From: an uncultured Acidobacteriota bacterium
GTDB taxonomy: Bacteria; Actinomycetota; Acidimicrobiia; Spongiisociales; ZC4RG35
Length of the DNA: 64,000 bases
Assembly: GCA_963828465.1 (NCBI GenBank)
Contig: CAWHEU010000022.1
Span: forward strand, 32,001 to 96,000
Reading direction: 5' to 3'
Shown here: positions 1 to 10,192 of the stretch, piece by piece
How positions within the stretch are numbered: the stretch's first letter is position 1
Layout of the letters: every line of letters starts with the position of its first letter
The notes under the pieces: model-generated
What the model was told of the DNA's origin: nothing
The model's database searches: none
Seen by the model: only the letters and a program-made list of their open reading frames with translations
Translations under genes and position numbers: made by a program

Positions 1-1
1 C

Positions 2-920
2 ATGAATCAGCCTTCGCCCGCACGTCTGCTCAGGGAGTGGAAGCGGGACTTGGCCGACGGTGGGGACGGAGTGGATCTCGATGTGTACGGCGTGACGTCA
101 TCGATGGTGTACTGGGCGGACGTCATGTATGCCGCCGCCACCGACGCCGGGGGCAGCCTCTCACGAGTCGATCGAGTACGAGGGCATCGAGTCGGGCGCC
201 CTCACCGAGGTCGACGAGTCGTACATCGCCGAAGCGAGCGGGGACGAGAAGGACTTCATCGAGTCGATGATCGCCAACTACGACCTCGACCATCCCGACG
301 TGCCGGCAGCCGAGGCCGCTCCGGACGCGGGGGCAGAGGCCAGGGTGGCGGCGGCGTCGGCGTTGGAGGCAATACCTCTGCCGTGGTTCGTCAAGCGGCC
401 GCTGATGCGGCTGCTGTTGCGTGACGTCCACCACTATCTCTTCAACACCAGTCATTCGCCTCGAACCGGGTCCAGCTACAAGGTCCGCGATGAGGTGAGG
501 AAGCGGTTCGGCGCCGACCTCGGGGCCGTCGACGGTGGGCCCCATGTCGTAGTTGCGCACAGCCTCGGCTCGGTGATCGCGTATGACTGTCTCAAACGGG
601 TTGCCGGCACCAAGAAAGTGGACCTGCTGATCACGATCGGCACGCCGCTCGGCATGTCCGAGGTCCAGCACAACTTGAAGCCAGAGTGGTCGAAGGACGA
701 CGGCTACCCCGGAGAACTGCCGCGCTGGGTGAACGTGGTCGATCGTCTCGACCCGGTTTGTGTGGCCGACCCGATCATCGCCAACGACTACATGCGGAAG
801 AAGGCAGGCGTGGTGGTCGACGAGGTCGTGTCCAACGGCGGGGTGATGCGCCATCCGTCCGGCAAGTACTTCCGACAGGCGGTCGTTCAGGATGCGGTGC
901 GCAATGGATTGGGTGTCTGA
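2..920 (+). CDS. alpha/beta-hydrolase (lipase-like), probably 5'-partial, frame break near 130
   Basis: N-terminus in frame +2 (MNQPSPARLLREWKRDL...MVYWADVMY), continuing in frame +3 (ORF 129..920). Nucleophile motif VVAHSLGSVIAYD, LITIGTPLG, WVNVVDRLDPV and a C-terminal His (MRHPSGKY). Confidence 0.8.
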
Positions 921-929
921 GGGAGCCGG

Positions 930-2495
930 ATGTCGTTCTTCGACTCGCCACTTGGTGAGCAGCTCCGCTCCAGCCTCGATGCGGGGAAACCAGAGGACAT
1001 CGCCGCCGCGGTAGGGGTGGTCAAGGGGAAGGTGTGGTCGGGGACAGTGCAGCCCGATCAGGTCGACGAGGTCCTCGCAGAACTGCAGCGACAACGACAG
1101 GTTCAGCACGTCATCGACATCGCCGATGCGGCCACCGCGGTCGGCTCGATCACGACGTCGGGCCGTCGCCGCTACTGCCAGATGCTGATCGAGTCGGGAG
1201 CCCTCCATGCCGGCGAGCTCGCCTGCGCAGAGCTTCTCGATCTGGCCGAGGATGCGAAGGAGCGGGGGGAGGCACTGGGGCTGCTCGGGCGGATCCGCAA
1301 GCAGCGTTACGTGACCAGCCGCCGGCCCGAGGATTTGATCGGCGCAATTGCCGCCTATCAGTTCGCATACGCGGGAGGCGGCGACCCGCTCTGGCATGGC
1401 ATCAATCTCCTCGCACTCACCACCCGGGCCCATCGTGACGGAATCCTCGTTCCCCAACCGGTCGACACGGACGCTCTGACACGCACGCTCCTCGACGTAG
1501 TCAGGCAGACGGCACCCGAGTTGCAAGAGATCTGGGAGCGCACCACCGAGGTCGAGGCCCTGGTCGCCCTGGGCGACAAGGCGTCGGTGGACGAAGCGGT
1601 GTCGGTGGCACAGAAACTCGCCAGCAGCAAGAGTGTCCGGCCGTTTGAGCTGGAGAGCCTTCGCCGTCAGCTGGCCGACATCTGGGAACTCGAGCCGCAT
1701 CACCCGGTGCTGGTGGCCATCGCAGCGCAGAAGCTCCAACTCGGGGCCAGGGCCCATGTCGAGCTGCCCGATTCCGCGGGCCAGTTGGAGAAGATCTTCG
1801 GGACGGCCCTGCCTGTGGGGTACAAGCACCTGATGAGGGGTCTCGAGTGCGCAGAATCGGTGGGAAAGATCACCGACGCATCCGAAGAGCCGTGGGGCAC
1901 GGGATTCCTCCTACGCGGGAATCTGATCCATCCCGACTTCGGCGATGGACTGGTGCTGGCTACCAACGCCCACGTCTGTAGTCCAGAGCCCGGAGTGGGC
2001 AAGCTGCTGCCGAGCGAGGCGAAGGCTGTCTTCGACGTGACCAAGTCGGTCGATGGGGAGCAACTCGTCCTCACCGGCTTCGAGTGCCTGTGGAGCTCAC
2101 CACCCTCGGTATGCGATGTCACCATCCTTCGCTTCACCGGACCCGAGCCGGCGCTCAAAGGCCAGCTCGACGTCGCCGCGTTGCCCCAGCCAGTGACGGA
2201 GGGCGCATATGTCTATGTCATCGGCCATCCGGCGGGGGGTGGGATCAAGTTTTCGATCAGGGGCAACGACCTTCTCGCCTATGACGCCGACATGTTCAAA
2301 GTCCACTACACCGCCCCCACCGAAGGGGGCAGCTCCGGGAGCCCGGTCTTCAACCAGGCATGGCAGCTGATGGCTGTTCATCACGCTGGAGATTCGAAGA
2401 TGCACCGACTGGACGACCCTTCCGCTACGTATCAGGCCAACGAGGGGATCACGATCAAGGGGATCAGAGAGGAGTACTCCAAGAATGGAAAATGA
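930..2495 (+). CDS. TPR/DUF4071 (MAP3K TRAF-binding-like) domain fused to a trypsin-like serine protease
   Basis: Helical N-terminal region with EALGLLGRIRKQRY / AIAAYQFAY / WHGINLLAL. Catalytic triad motifs ATNAHV, DVTILRF and TEGGSSGSPVFN, plus VHHAG. Confidence 0.88.
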   Translation: MSFFDSPLGEQLRSSLDAGKPEDIAAAVGVVKGKVWSGTVQPDQVDEVLAELQRQRQVQHVIDIADAATAVGSITTSGRRRYCQMLIESGALHAGELACAELLDLAEDAKERGEALGLLGRIRKQRYVTSRRPEDLIGAIAAYQFAYAGGGDPLWHGINLLALTTRAHRDGILVPQPVDTDALTRTLLDVVRQTAPELQEIWERTTEVEALVALGDKASVDEAVSVAQKLASSKSVRPFELESLRRQLADIWELEPHHPVLVAIAAQKLQLGARAHVELPDSAGQLEKIFGTALPVGYKHLMRGLECAESVGKITDASEEPWGTGFLLRGNLIHPDFGDGLVLATNAHVCSPEPGVGKLLPSEAKAVFDVTKSVDGEQLVLTGFECLWSSPPSVCDVTILRFTGPEPALKGQLDVAALPQPVTEGAYVYVIGHPAGGGIKFSIRGNDLLAYDADMFKVHYTAPTEGGSSGSPVFNQAWQLMAVHHAGDSKMHRLDDPSATYQANEGITIKGIREEYSKNGK

Positions 2496-3297
2496 CGCAA
2501 TCCCTCCGGAGTTCCTGGAGCCCGAGGGCGACGCCGAGCGCCAGGATCCCGACCTCGTCTTCGAGACGACGTCAGCGACACTACGGGGGCTGTGGAATGA
2601 CTGGATGTGCAAACGAGGTGACGGGACTTTCGTCGACGTCGAATTCTTCGGCCGCCGGATCGGCGGAGTGCCGACCCCGGCGGTCGACGCCTATCGGGCG
2701 CTCGAGGTAGCCCTGCGCTCCGCCGGTTACAAGCCAGATTCGCGGTGGGCGTACAACTGCAGGCTCATCGAGGGGACGGACAAGCCCTCGCTGCACTCGG
2801 CCGGGATCGCAGTTGACATCGACCCGGACGAGAACCCGTTCTCGAAGGGTGACCCCTTCGCCGGGAAGATGGGTCCCGACCATGTCGCCGCGGCGCTGGC
2901 CATTCGCAACAGCGCCGGCGCCCGGGTGTGGTCCTGGGGCGGGCATTGGAACAAGCCCGATCGGATGCACTTCCAGCTCGACAGGGGGCCTGCGGCGGTG
3001 GATGTGGATTGGCGAACCGTCCCCGGTGGTGGCCCCGAAAGCGCCAGTTCGGGGTCAATGGACGTGAAGGAGGAAGAGATGGTTCTGTCCAAGAGCATGA
3101 AAGGCCCAGCAGTGGAGCGGTTCCAGCAGTGCCTGCTCGATTGGAATGCCAAGGCGCTGCCGAAGGACGGAGCCGATGGTGTTTTTGGGAGCGAGACCGT
3201 CGAATGGGTGGGGCGGTTCCAGGAGGCCCTTGGTCTGGAGAAGACCGGAGTGATCGACGGGGTGACCGCGGCCTTGCTGGTCGCCCACGGGAAGTAA
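2485..3297 (+). CDS. M15-family metallopeptidase with C-terminal peptidoglycan-binding domain
   Basis: Zn-binding motifs SLHSAGIAVDID and WGGHWNKPDRMHFQL. PG_binding_1-like tail (DGVFGSET...FQEALGLEKTGVIDGVT). Overlaps the upstream gene by 11 nt. Confidence 0.88.
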   Translation: MENDAIPPEFLEPEGDAERQDPDLVFETTSATLRGLWNDWMCKRGDGTFVDVEFFGRRIGGVPTPAVDAYRALEVALRSAGYKPDSRWAYNCRLIEGTDKPSLHSAGIAVDIDPDENPFSKGDPFAGKMGPDHVAAALAIRNSAGARVWSWGGHWNKPDRMHFQLDRGPAAVDVDWRTVPGGGPESASSGSMDVKEEEMVLSKSMKGPAVERFQQCLLDWNAKALPKDGADGVFGSETVEWVGRFQEALGLEKTGVIDGVTAALLVAHGK

Positions 3298-4291
3298 CAA
3301 GCCATCAAGGTCTTCCTGAGCTACCGGCGGGACGACACGGCGGGGCGCGCCGGAAGGCTCCACGACGCCCTGGCCTCGAGTTTCGGCACCCGCAACGTGT
3401 TCATGGACGTTTCCGCCATCGCGGTCGGCACCGACTTCGTCGACCAGGTGGAACGAGCGATCTCGACGAGCGACGCCTCGCTGGTGGTGATGGGGCCGAA
3501 TTGGCTCGGGGCCACTGACCCCGAAGGCCGTCGGCGGCTCGACGATCCCCAGGACCACGTGAGGTCTGAGGTGCGCTCCGCGCTGGCCTCACCCAACCCG
3601 GTGGTTCCGGTGCTGGTCGGGGATGCATCGTTGCCGACCGAGGACCAACTGCCTGACGATCTGAAAGCCCTGGCGCGCCGACAAGCCGTGGAATTGCGGG
3701 ACGAGACATGGTCTGAAGATGTCGAGATGCTGGTCCGGCGTCTCGAAGGCAAGGAGACGGTCCGGGAACCCCGCCGCTGGATTCTGCTGGCCATTGGCTT
3801 GATACTCCTGGGTGGCGTCGGCGCCGCTATCTGGATGGCTCAGGCAGGCGGCGAGGATGAGTTGACCCAATGCTCGGTGCCGGACGAGACATGGACCACG
3901 ATCGACGTGGAACCCGGCGCCACGGACGTCGAACAATTGGAGCGGGATCGGGCACTCCGCTACACGGTGGTGAGTACGGATTTCAGGGATGAACCCGGGG
4001 ACGAGTGGTACGTCGTGCTCCATGTGAGGCTGGAGAACGAGTCCACGGACGTGGCGGGAAACGACGACCACACCGGGTACGGACCGTCGATCTTCGACGC
4101 CCTGCACGTCGATGAGATCTCGGTCGGGGGCCCTTACTGCTTTGGCGAGAACAGTGGTGACAGCGATCTCGCCCCGGGGGAGGCGGCCAACGCACGGGTT
4201 GGATTCCTCTCCGTACCTGGACCCCACCGAGGCAAGTCTGATGCTCGAGACCGATGGGCCCCTCTTTATCGAGATCACCCCGGGCGCGTGA
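3298..4291 (+). CDS. TIR-domain membrane protein (TIR-TM-extracytoplasmic domain); start codon not visible, frame break near 4215
   Basis: IKVFLSYRRDDTAGRAGRLHDAL...VFMDV...DHVRSEVRSAL (catalytic-position Glu present). TM segment WILLAIGLILLGGVGAAIW. Alternative-frame tail LDPTEASLMLETDGPLFIEITPGA ends at TGA 4289-4291, overlapping the next ATG. Confidence 0.8.
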
Positions 4292-4821
4292 TGCCGACGG
4301 TCCTGTTCTCGGGCCACATGGTCGATGCACCAGACCGGCCGTCTCCACGCTTCCCACCCGAGCGTGTTCCCCTGGTGCGGCGGGCGATCGCGGAAGCCGT
4401 CTGGCTCATCGATGACACCGACGCGGAGGCGATCTCGGGACTCGCCTGCGGGGGCGATCTCCTCTTCGCCGAGGAATGGCTGAAGACCGGGCGGCCCTTG
4501 CACGCCTATCTGCCACGTGAAGAGGCGGATTTTCTCGACGAGTCGGTTCGTTTTGCCGGCTCGGAGTGGGTGGACTCGTTCCGTGAAGTGACCGCTGATC
4601 CGAACCTGGTCCTGATCGGTCCGGACCAAGAGATGCTTGGTTTGAACGAACCGCACACCGCGAACAACCTCCGCATGCTCGAAGCTGCGTTGCTGCGGCC
4701 CGGCGCCCTCAACGGTCTGTTCCTTTGGGACGGCAAGGGAGGCGACGGTCCGGGAGGCACCGAGCACCTGGCCTCTGAGGTGGTCGAGCAGGGCGGGAGT
4801 GTCACCGTTCTCCGTCCGTAG
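4291..4821 (+). CDS. SLOG-superfamily (YpsA-like) predicted nucleotide-binding protein
   Basis: MPTVLFSGHMVDAPDRPSPRFP, ISGLACGGDLLFAE and LFLWDGKGGDGPGGTEH motifs. Starts at a TGATG overlap, so its fusion to TIR in the ORF track is probably an indel artefact. Confidence 0.7.
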   Translation: MPTVLFSGHMVDAPDRPSPRFPPERVPLVRRAIAEAVWLIDDTDAEAISGLACGGDLLFAEEWLKTGRPLHAYLPREEADFLDESVRFAGSEWVDSFREVTADPNLVLIGPDQEMLGLNEPHTANNLRMLEAALLRPGALNGLFLWDGKGGDGPGGTEHLASEVVEQGGSVTVLRP

Positions 4822-4861
4822 GTTTCGACGAGGAAGCTGTCCTTCCGCATAAGGTTGAAGG

Positions 4862-5704
4862 ATGGGATTTCGCCTGGCCCTCGTCCAGCCGGTCGCCCAT
4901 CGTCCGCCGGACGACGAGCGGAATGTGATGGATGCACTGGGGCAGATCTCTTACGCCGGCTCACAGGGTGCGGAAGTCGTGGCGTTTCCCGAGACCTACC
5001 CGGGCCCGTGGCGCACACCGATGACATTCGATCCCACGGAGGCGATGGCGGCTGCAGCGAGAGAGCACGGCGTTACGATCCAGTTCGGAACGCTGGAAGC
5101 AATCCCAGGTGAACCCGAGGCGGCGTACAACGTCCTCAAGCTGATCGGCCCTGACGGAAGCATCAGCGGTGTCTACCGCCGCACTCACCCGCCCGGGCCA
5201 TGGATCTACGCCGGTGGGGTCTGGGATTTCGACTATCGGGTCGGCAACGAGTACCCGGTGTTCGAGAGTGAACATGGGACCGTCGGGCTGGCGATGTGCA
5301 GCGAAGCGTTCATGCCCGAGGTGACCCGTGCCCTGGCGCTGCGCGGGGCTGAGATCATCTTCATGCCCGCCGGAATCGACAAGAAGAAACTGTGGGCCGC
5401 CTGGCGAAACCTGATCTGGGCCCGGGCCACAGAGAACCTGGCCGTGGTTATCACGACTCAGAACCTCTTCGACAGATCCGAGCGAGGTCTGGCCATGGTT
5501 GCGCAACCCGAAGAGGTGATTTTCGAGGATGACGGCCCCGGCACCTTTCTGATCGACCTCGACCTCACGAGGATCCGCGAGATGCGGGAGCAAGTGGACG
5601 GCCCGAAGTCATCGGAGGAATACGGCGCCAAGCCTGGTGTGCTCACCCAGTGGCAAAGACCCGAGATGCGGGACAAGGTCTATCCCGCGGTAACCCGCAC
5701 ATAG
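4862..5704 (+). CDS. carbon-nitrogen hydrolase (nitrilase superfamily)
   Basis: RLALVQ, VAFPET (Glu), VYRRTHP (Lys position is Arg), AMCSEAFMPE (Cys), ARATEN. Confidence 0.9.
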   Translation: MGFRLALVQPVAHRPPDDERNVMDALGQISYAGSQGAEVVAFPETYPGPWRTPMTFDPTEAMAAAAREHGVTIQFGTLEAIPGEPEAAYNVLKLIGPDGSISGVYRRTHPPGPWIYAGGVWDFDYRVGNEYPVFESEHGTVGLAMCSEAFMPEVTRALALRGAEIIFMPAGIDKKKLWAAWRNLIWARATENLAVVITTQNLFDRSERGLAMVAQPEEVIFEDDGPGTFLIDLDLTRIREMREQVDGPKSSEEYGAKPGVLTQWQRPEMRDKVYPAVTRT

Positions 5705-5721
5705 AGAGCGGTGACCCGCAT

Positions 5722-8557
5722 CTAGGACCGGTCCTCGATGGCCTCCGGGGGCTCGATCCACTGCAATACCGTTCGGTAGTCGGCGGCGGCCCCTTCGGCG
5801 ATCAGGCGGTCCCGCTCCGGTGGAAGGAGACCACCCTCGACCTCTTCACGGAATCGGGCCATTTCGTCCGGACTGGCCCCGACCCGGTTCCGCTCGACGC
5901 TGCCGAGAAACCGGGCGGCTGCAGACAGGTCACCTTCCGCCAGAGCAAGACGGAGGGCCTGTGCCGGGATCCCGGCCTGGACCTCTCGATCGAAGAGGAG
6001 GAGACGGTGGGCGGCCGATGTGAGCTCGACCCTGGCCGCCGCGAGACGTCCTTCATCGATGTGGCTGCGGATCGCACGGGCGCCCGATCGGGCGGAGCAG
6101 GGCAGATCACCCACTTCGGCCAAGATCCCGGCTGCCTCGGCCAGATCGTCGGTTGAGGCCCCCAGTCCGAGATCCTGGGTCACCGCCCCGTGGTAGTAGA
6201 GGGCATGGCCCAACCCGTGACGGGATCCCAGATCACTCAGGATCTCGATGCTCTGGCGCAAGTTGGCCAGGACCCACTCATCGTGACCGGATCCGATGTG
6301 GCTGGCCGAGGTCATCATCGATGCCGCGGCCAGATATCCGTCGCCGACCGTCAGCGCCTTCGAGATCGCGGCTTCGACATGCTCCCGCCGCTGTTCCGGA
6401 GGACCGGCCTGCCCGAAGGCGAGCATGAACTCGATGATCGCCTGATCCCATTCCGGGTCCCACATCGGCGGGTGCCGGACATTCGCCAGAATCTGACGAC
6501 CCTCCTCCATCCAGCCGCCCGCGTCCTGATGACCGACGAGGTTGGAATAGGCCATCCCGCGGGTCAGCGTGAGCCACCCGACGAGCGCGTCGTCCCCGGC
6601 GCTCCGGGCACATTCGAGACCCAGATCTGCATAGTTCACCGCGGCCGGGTCGGTGAGGAAGGTCGCCAGCAGAGAAGCGGCCAGCCACGCCCTGGCGGCC
6701 ATGGCGGGCGAGGCTTCGTCGCCATGTGATCGGAGCGCTCCCACCAACAGGTCCCGGCCTTCGACCTGGAGACTGGATTGGGCCCAGAACCAGGTCAGAT
6801 CGAATCCGATGTCGAGGAATCGGTCGATCTCCCCACGGCCGAGCAACGTGGACATGGCAACGCGGATGTTGTCGTTCTCCAAACAGGAGACTGCGGTTGG
6901 CCTGACGCTGGTCGGGACCGCGCAAGCTCGGGGCGATCTGCGCCACTGCGTTGGCGTAGTGAATGGCGTGGAGGAGCCGTACTTCGTCTTCCTCTCCTTC
7001 ATCGGCCAGACGGGCCTGTCCGTATTGGCGGATCGGCTCGAGGAGTCGGAAGCGAGAAAAGCGAGCTTGCTGGATAGGCACCACGAGCGACTTGTCCACC
7101 AGCTGATCGAGCAAACCGAAGACATCGGTGGTGTCTCCGACGTTCTCAGCAGCAGGGAGATCGAACCCGCCGGCGAAGACCGAAAGACGTCGGAAAAGCG
7201 CCGACTCTTCCTCGCTGAGCAGGTCGTAGGACCAGCCGATCGTGTTCTCGAGGGTTCGCTGCCGGCGCACCGTCGTCTTCGAGGCTGCGGTGAGGACCCG
7301 GAACGACGTCTCGAGCTGGTCGGCGAGGTCGAGGAGGGTGAGAGTGCGGACCCGTGCCGCGGCCAGCTCGATGCCGAGAGGAATCCCGTCGAGACGACGG
7401 CAGATCCTGGCGATGGCTTCCAGGTCGGCGTGCGAAGGGGCGAGATCCGGCTTCATCCTGGCGGCCCGGTCGAGGAAGAGACGCACCGACTCCGATCGCG
7501 CCAGGTCCGATCCCTCTCCGGGCAGGCCAAGCGACGAGACCCGGAACACGATCTCGGCGGAGGTCCCGAGCGTCTCCCGTGATGTGGCCAGGATCGACAG
7601 GCCGGGGCTGGATCCGAGCATTTCTACCGCGATCGCCGCAGCCTCTTCGAGGAGGTGCTCACAGTTGTCCAGCAGCAATAGGAGCTTTCTTCGGGCTAGG
7701 TGAGCCTTGATCACCTGGATCAGGCCCATCCCGTCGCCGGCGCGCAGGCCCCAGACGTCGGCCACCTCATTCACGACCAGGGCCGGATCTGCGATGTCGG
7801 CCAGCCCGGCCATCCAAACGCCATCAGGGAAGTCGTCTCCGAGGGCTCCGGCTACTTCCATGGCGAGACGGGTCTTGCCGGTCCCACCAACCCCGGTGAG
7901 GGTTACCAGCCTGTTGGACTGGAGCAGGGCCTTTACTTCCTCGAGGTCCTCGCGCCTCCCTACAAACGAGGTGAGTTGCGCCGGGAGATGAACCAGGTCG
8001 ACCGGCTCGGTGCGCAGTGGCTCGGTTACCTCGGGCAGATCGGGATGGAGCAGCTCGAAGAGGCGCTCCGGGCGTTCCAGGTCCCTGAGAGGATGGACCC
8101 CTCGGTCCTGCAACTCCATGGGGGCTTCAACCAATTCTGCGGTCAGCTCAGCAGTGGCTCCCGACACCAGAATTTGCCCACCGTTCGCCGCTGCCATCAC
8201 GCGGGCCGCCCTGTTCACATCGGGCCCGAAGTAATCGCCGGCCCGTTCGTACGAAGTGCCGGTATGGACCCCAATCCTGACGCGGATCGCCGGCCCTTCC
8301 CAAGCTTCGTCCAGAAGACCGAGCTGGGCCCGCATTGCGGCGCCAAGCGCGGCCAACGGCGTGGTGAAGGCGGCGGCAAAAGAATCCCCGGCGCTGGAGA
8401 AGACGTACCCATCGAGGTCAGCGATGGCGGATTCGAGAATGCGGTCGTGGGCGATCAGGCTCGCCGCCATGCCGTCACGGTCCGCTTCCCAAAGACGGGT
8501 CGAACCGGCCACGTCGCTGAACAGGAACGAGACCGTGCCGGTGGGCCTGGAGTCCAC
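5722..8557 (-). CDS. adenylate/guanylate cyclase + STAND ATPase + helical repeats; frame break near 6885
   Basis: FLFSDVAGST, AGDSF, YFGPDVNRAAR, P-loop GVGGTGKT, LLLDNCEH, GIPLGIELAAAR. Joins ORFs 6278..8641 and 5722..7125. Probable GTG start at 8557. Confidence 0.88.
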
Positions 8558-8675
8558 CGTCGGAGGGTATCGGGGTCCCACGCGGGCCGCTAAGACGTCG
8601 GGTTCTACCGCGTCGGCAGGAACCAGTAGACGTAGCCGCACTCGGCAGCTCTCGTGAATGCACCCATCGCCGGGG

Positions 8676-10073
8676 TCAGTCGCCGGTTGTCAGCCAGCCC
8701 GGCTCGGGGTCGCCGAACATCTCGAGCAAGTAGTCGCGTGAGGCCTCGACCGCTCGGCGGGGCGCATCGAGCGAGGCCTTGAGCTTGAAGTCCTCCTTGA
8801 GCACCTCGCCGTCGACGAGGACGGTTTTCACATTGGAGATGTCGGCCGCGCAGACGACCGCACCCACCGGGTCGATGATCGGGGCGATATTCACAGCCGA
8901 CCCGTCGATGATCACGACGTCCGCCTTCTTCCCGGGTGTCAGCGACCCGGTGCGATCGGCGATTCCCGCCACATCGGCACCACCGATCGTGGCCCAGGCG
9001 AGTGCATCACGGGCGGTGATGAGGCCAGGCGATGCTTCCAAGCCGTCGAGGTCATCGTCCCAGGCCTCCTGGTGCTTGCGCCCCCGCTCGGACCCGAAGA
9101 CGGCATGCATCTGGGTGAACTGGTCGGCCGACGCGGTAGTTGCAACGTCCGACGAGAGCCCGATCGGGATGTTGTACTCGACAGCCGTGACCGCCGGCGC
9201 CCACCCGTGTCCCATCTGGATCTCTATCTGCGGGGCGAAGCTGACGTTCCCGCCCGAATCGCTGACGAGCTGCCACTCCTCGTCGGTGAAATGCGAGGCG
9301 TGGACATACGTCGTGCCCGGATAGAGGAGGTCCATGTCCCGTAGCGCCGTGATCTGGCCCTTCGTGTAGCCGAACCGGTCCATGGCGACGTGCACGGTGA
9401 TGTCGATGCCGAGCTCGTTGGCCAGCTCCCAGTCGTGACGCACGACTTCGGGCTTGCAAAAGCCGGGTCCTCGGGTGGCCAGGCCCATGGTGACCCGGCC
9501 CTCGTCGCTGCTGAAGTACTGCGACCGCAAGCGGCGTGCCTCGTCACCGTCCGACGTCAGGACGCTTCCGGTGTAGTCGGGGCCGAACCACCAGTCCACC
9601 AGCGATGTGTTCGGGAAGCCGTATGCGAAGACCGATCGGATGCCCGTCTCTTCGAGCGCGGCGACCGAGGCGTCGGCATGCTCGGGCGTGTTCATGATGT
9701 GGGCCCAGTCGACCAGCGTTGTGATGCCGGCGTTGATGCACTCGAGCGCTCCCCACTGTGTCGCCGAGTGGACATCCTCAGGCCGGTAGTGCGGGGCGAA
9801 CTTGTCGAGGATCGCGCTGAAGTATGTGATCAGAGCGAAGTCGGGGGCACATGTCCGGATGCACGTCTCCCAGGTGTGCCGATGGGTGTCTATGAAGCCG
9901 GGGATGACAATGTCGCCGGTCGCATCGATGACCCGGGCATCGTCGGCCGACAGGTCGGTGCCGATGGCGGCGATCTTGTCGTCCTCGATCAGCACGTCAG
10001 CCTTCGGCAGCTCGCCGAGCTCAGGGTCCTGGGTCAGGACGATCCCGCCGCTCAAGAGGATTCGATCAGTCAC
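8676..10073 (-). CDS. amidohydrolase family protein (TRZ/ATZ-like)
   Basis: IPGFIDTHRH, GITTLVDW, TVHV, GLSSD, GSLTPGKKADVV. Confidence 0.92.
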   Translation of the reverse strand: MTDRILLSGGIVLTQDPELGELPKADVLIEDDKIAAIGTDLSADDARVIDATGDIVIPGFIDTHRHTWETCIRTCAPDFALITYFSAILDKFAPHYRPEDVHSATQWGALECINAGITTLVDWAHIMNTPEHADASVAALEETGIRSVFAYGFPNTSLVDWWFGPDYTGSVLTSDGDEARRLRSQYFSSDEGRVTMGLATRGPGFCKPEVVRHDWELANELGIDITVHVAMDRFGYTKGQITALRDMDLLYPGTTYVHASHFTDEEWQLVSDSGGNVSFAPQIEIQMGHGWAPAVTAVEYNIPIGLSSDVATTASADQFTQMHAVFGSERGRKHQEAWDDDLDGLEASPGLITARDALAWATIGGADVAGIADRTGSLTPGKKADVVIIDGSAVNIAPIIDPVGAVVCAADISNVKTVLVDGEVLKEDFKLKASLDAPRRAVEASRDYLLEMFGDPEPGWLTTGD

Positions 10074-10192
10074 ACCTAATGCCTTTCTCCTTGGCCTCGG
10101 TCAGGATCGTAACCCCTCCAAGCAAGAGGTTTCCGAGCAGCATGCCTCGTTCGGAAAGGAGCGGATTCAGACCGACTAACCAGTGAACCGGC

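Noticed and set aside
123-1829. Long antisense ORFs (also 26850..28100, 32011..33396, 12289..13365 and similar)
   Set aside because: These are shadow frames of motif-bearing genes on the opposite strand, which are expected in high-GC DNA.
2485-3297. Prophage inferred from the endolysin-like gene
   Set aside because: No structural, terminase, integrase or holin genes anywhere in the window.
3397-4821. Single TIR-TM-SLOG fusion protein as in the ORF track
   Set aside because: The junction peptide is not protein-like, while an alternative frame gives a plausible tail ending in a TGATG stop/start overlap. The fusion would also place SLOG outside the membrane.
5722-8557. Calling the frameshifted genes pseudogenes or programmed frameshifts
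   Set aside because: Each has a single lesion with no other decay and no shared slippery motif, so sequencing error is more parsimonious.
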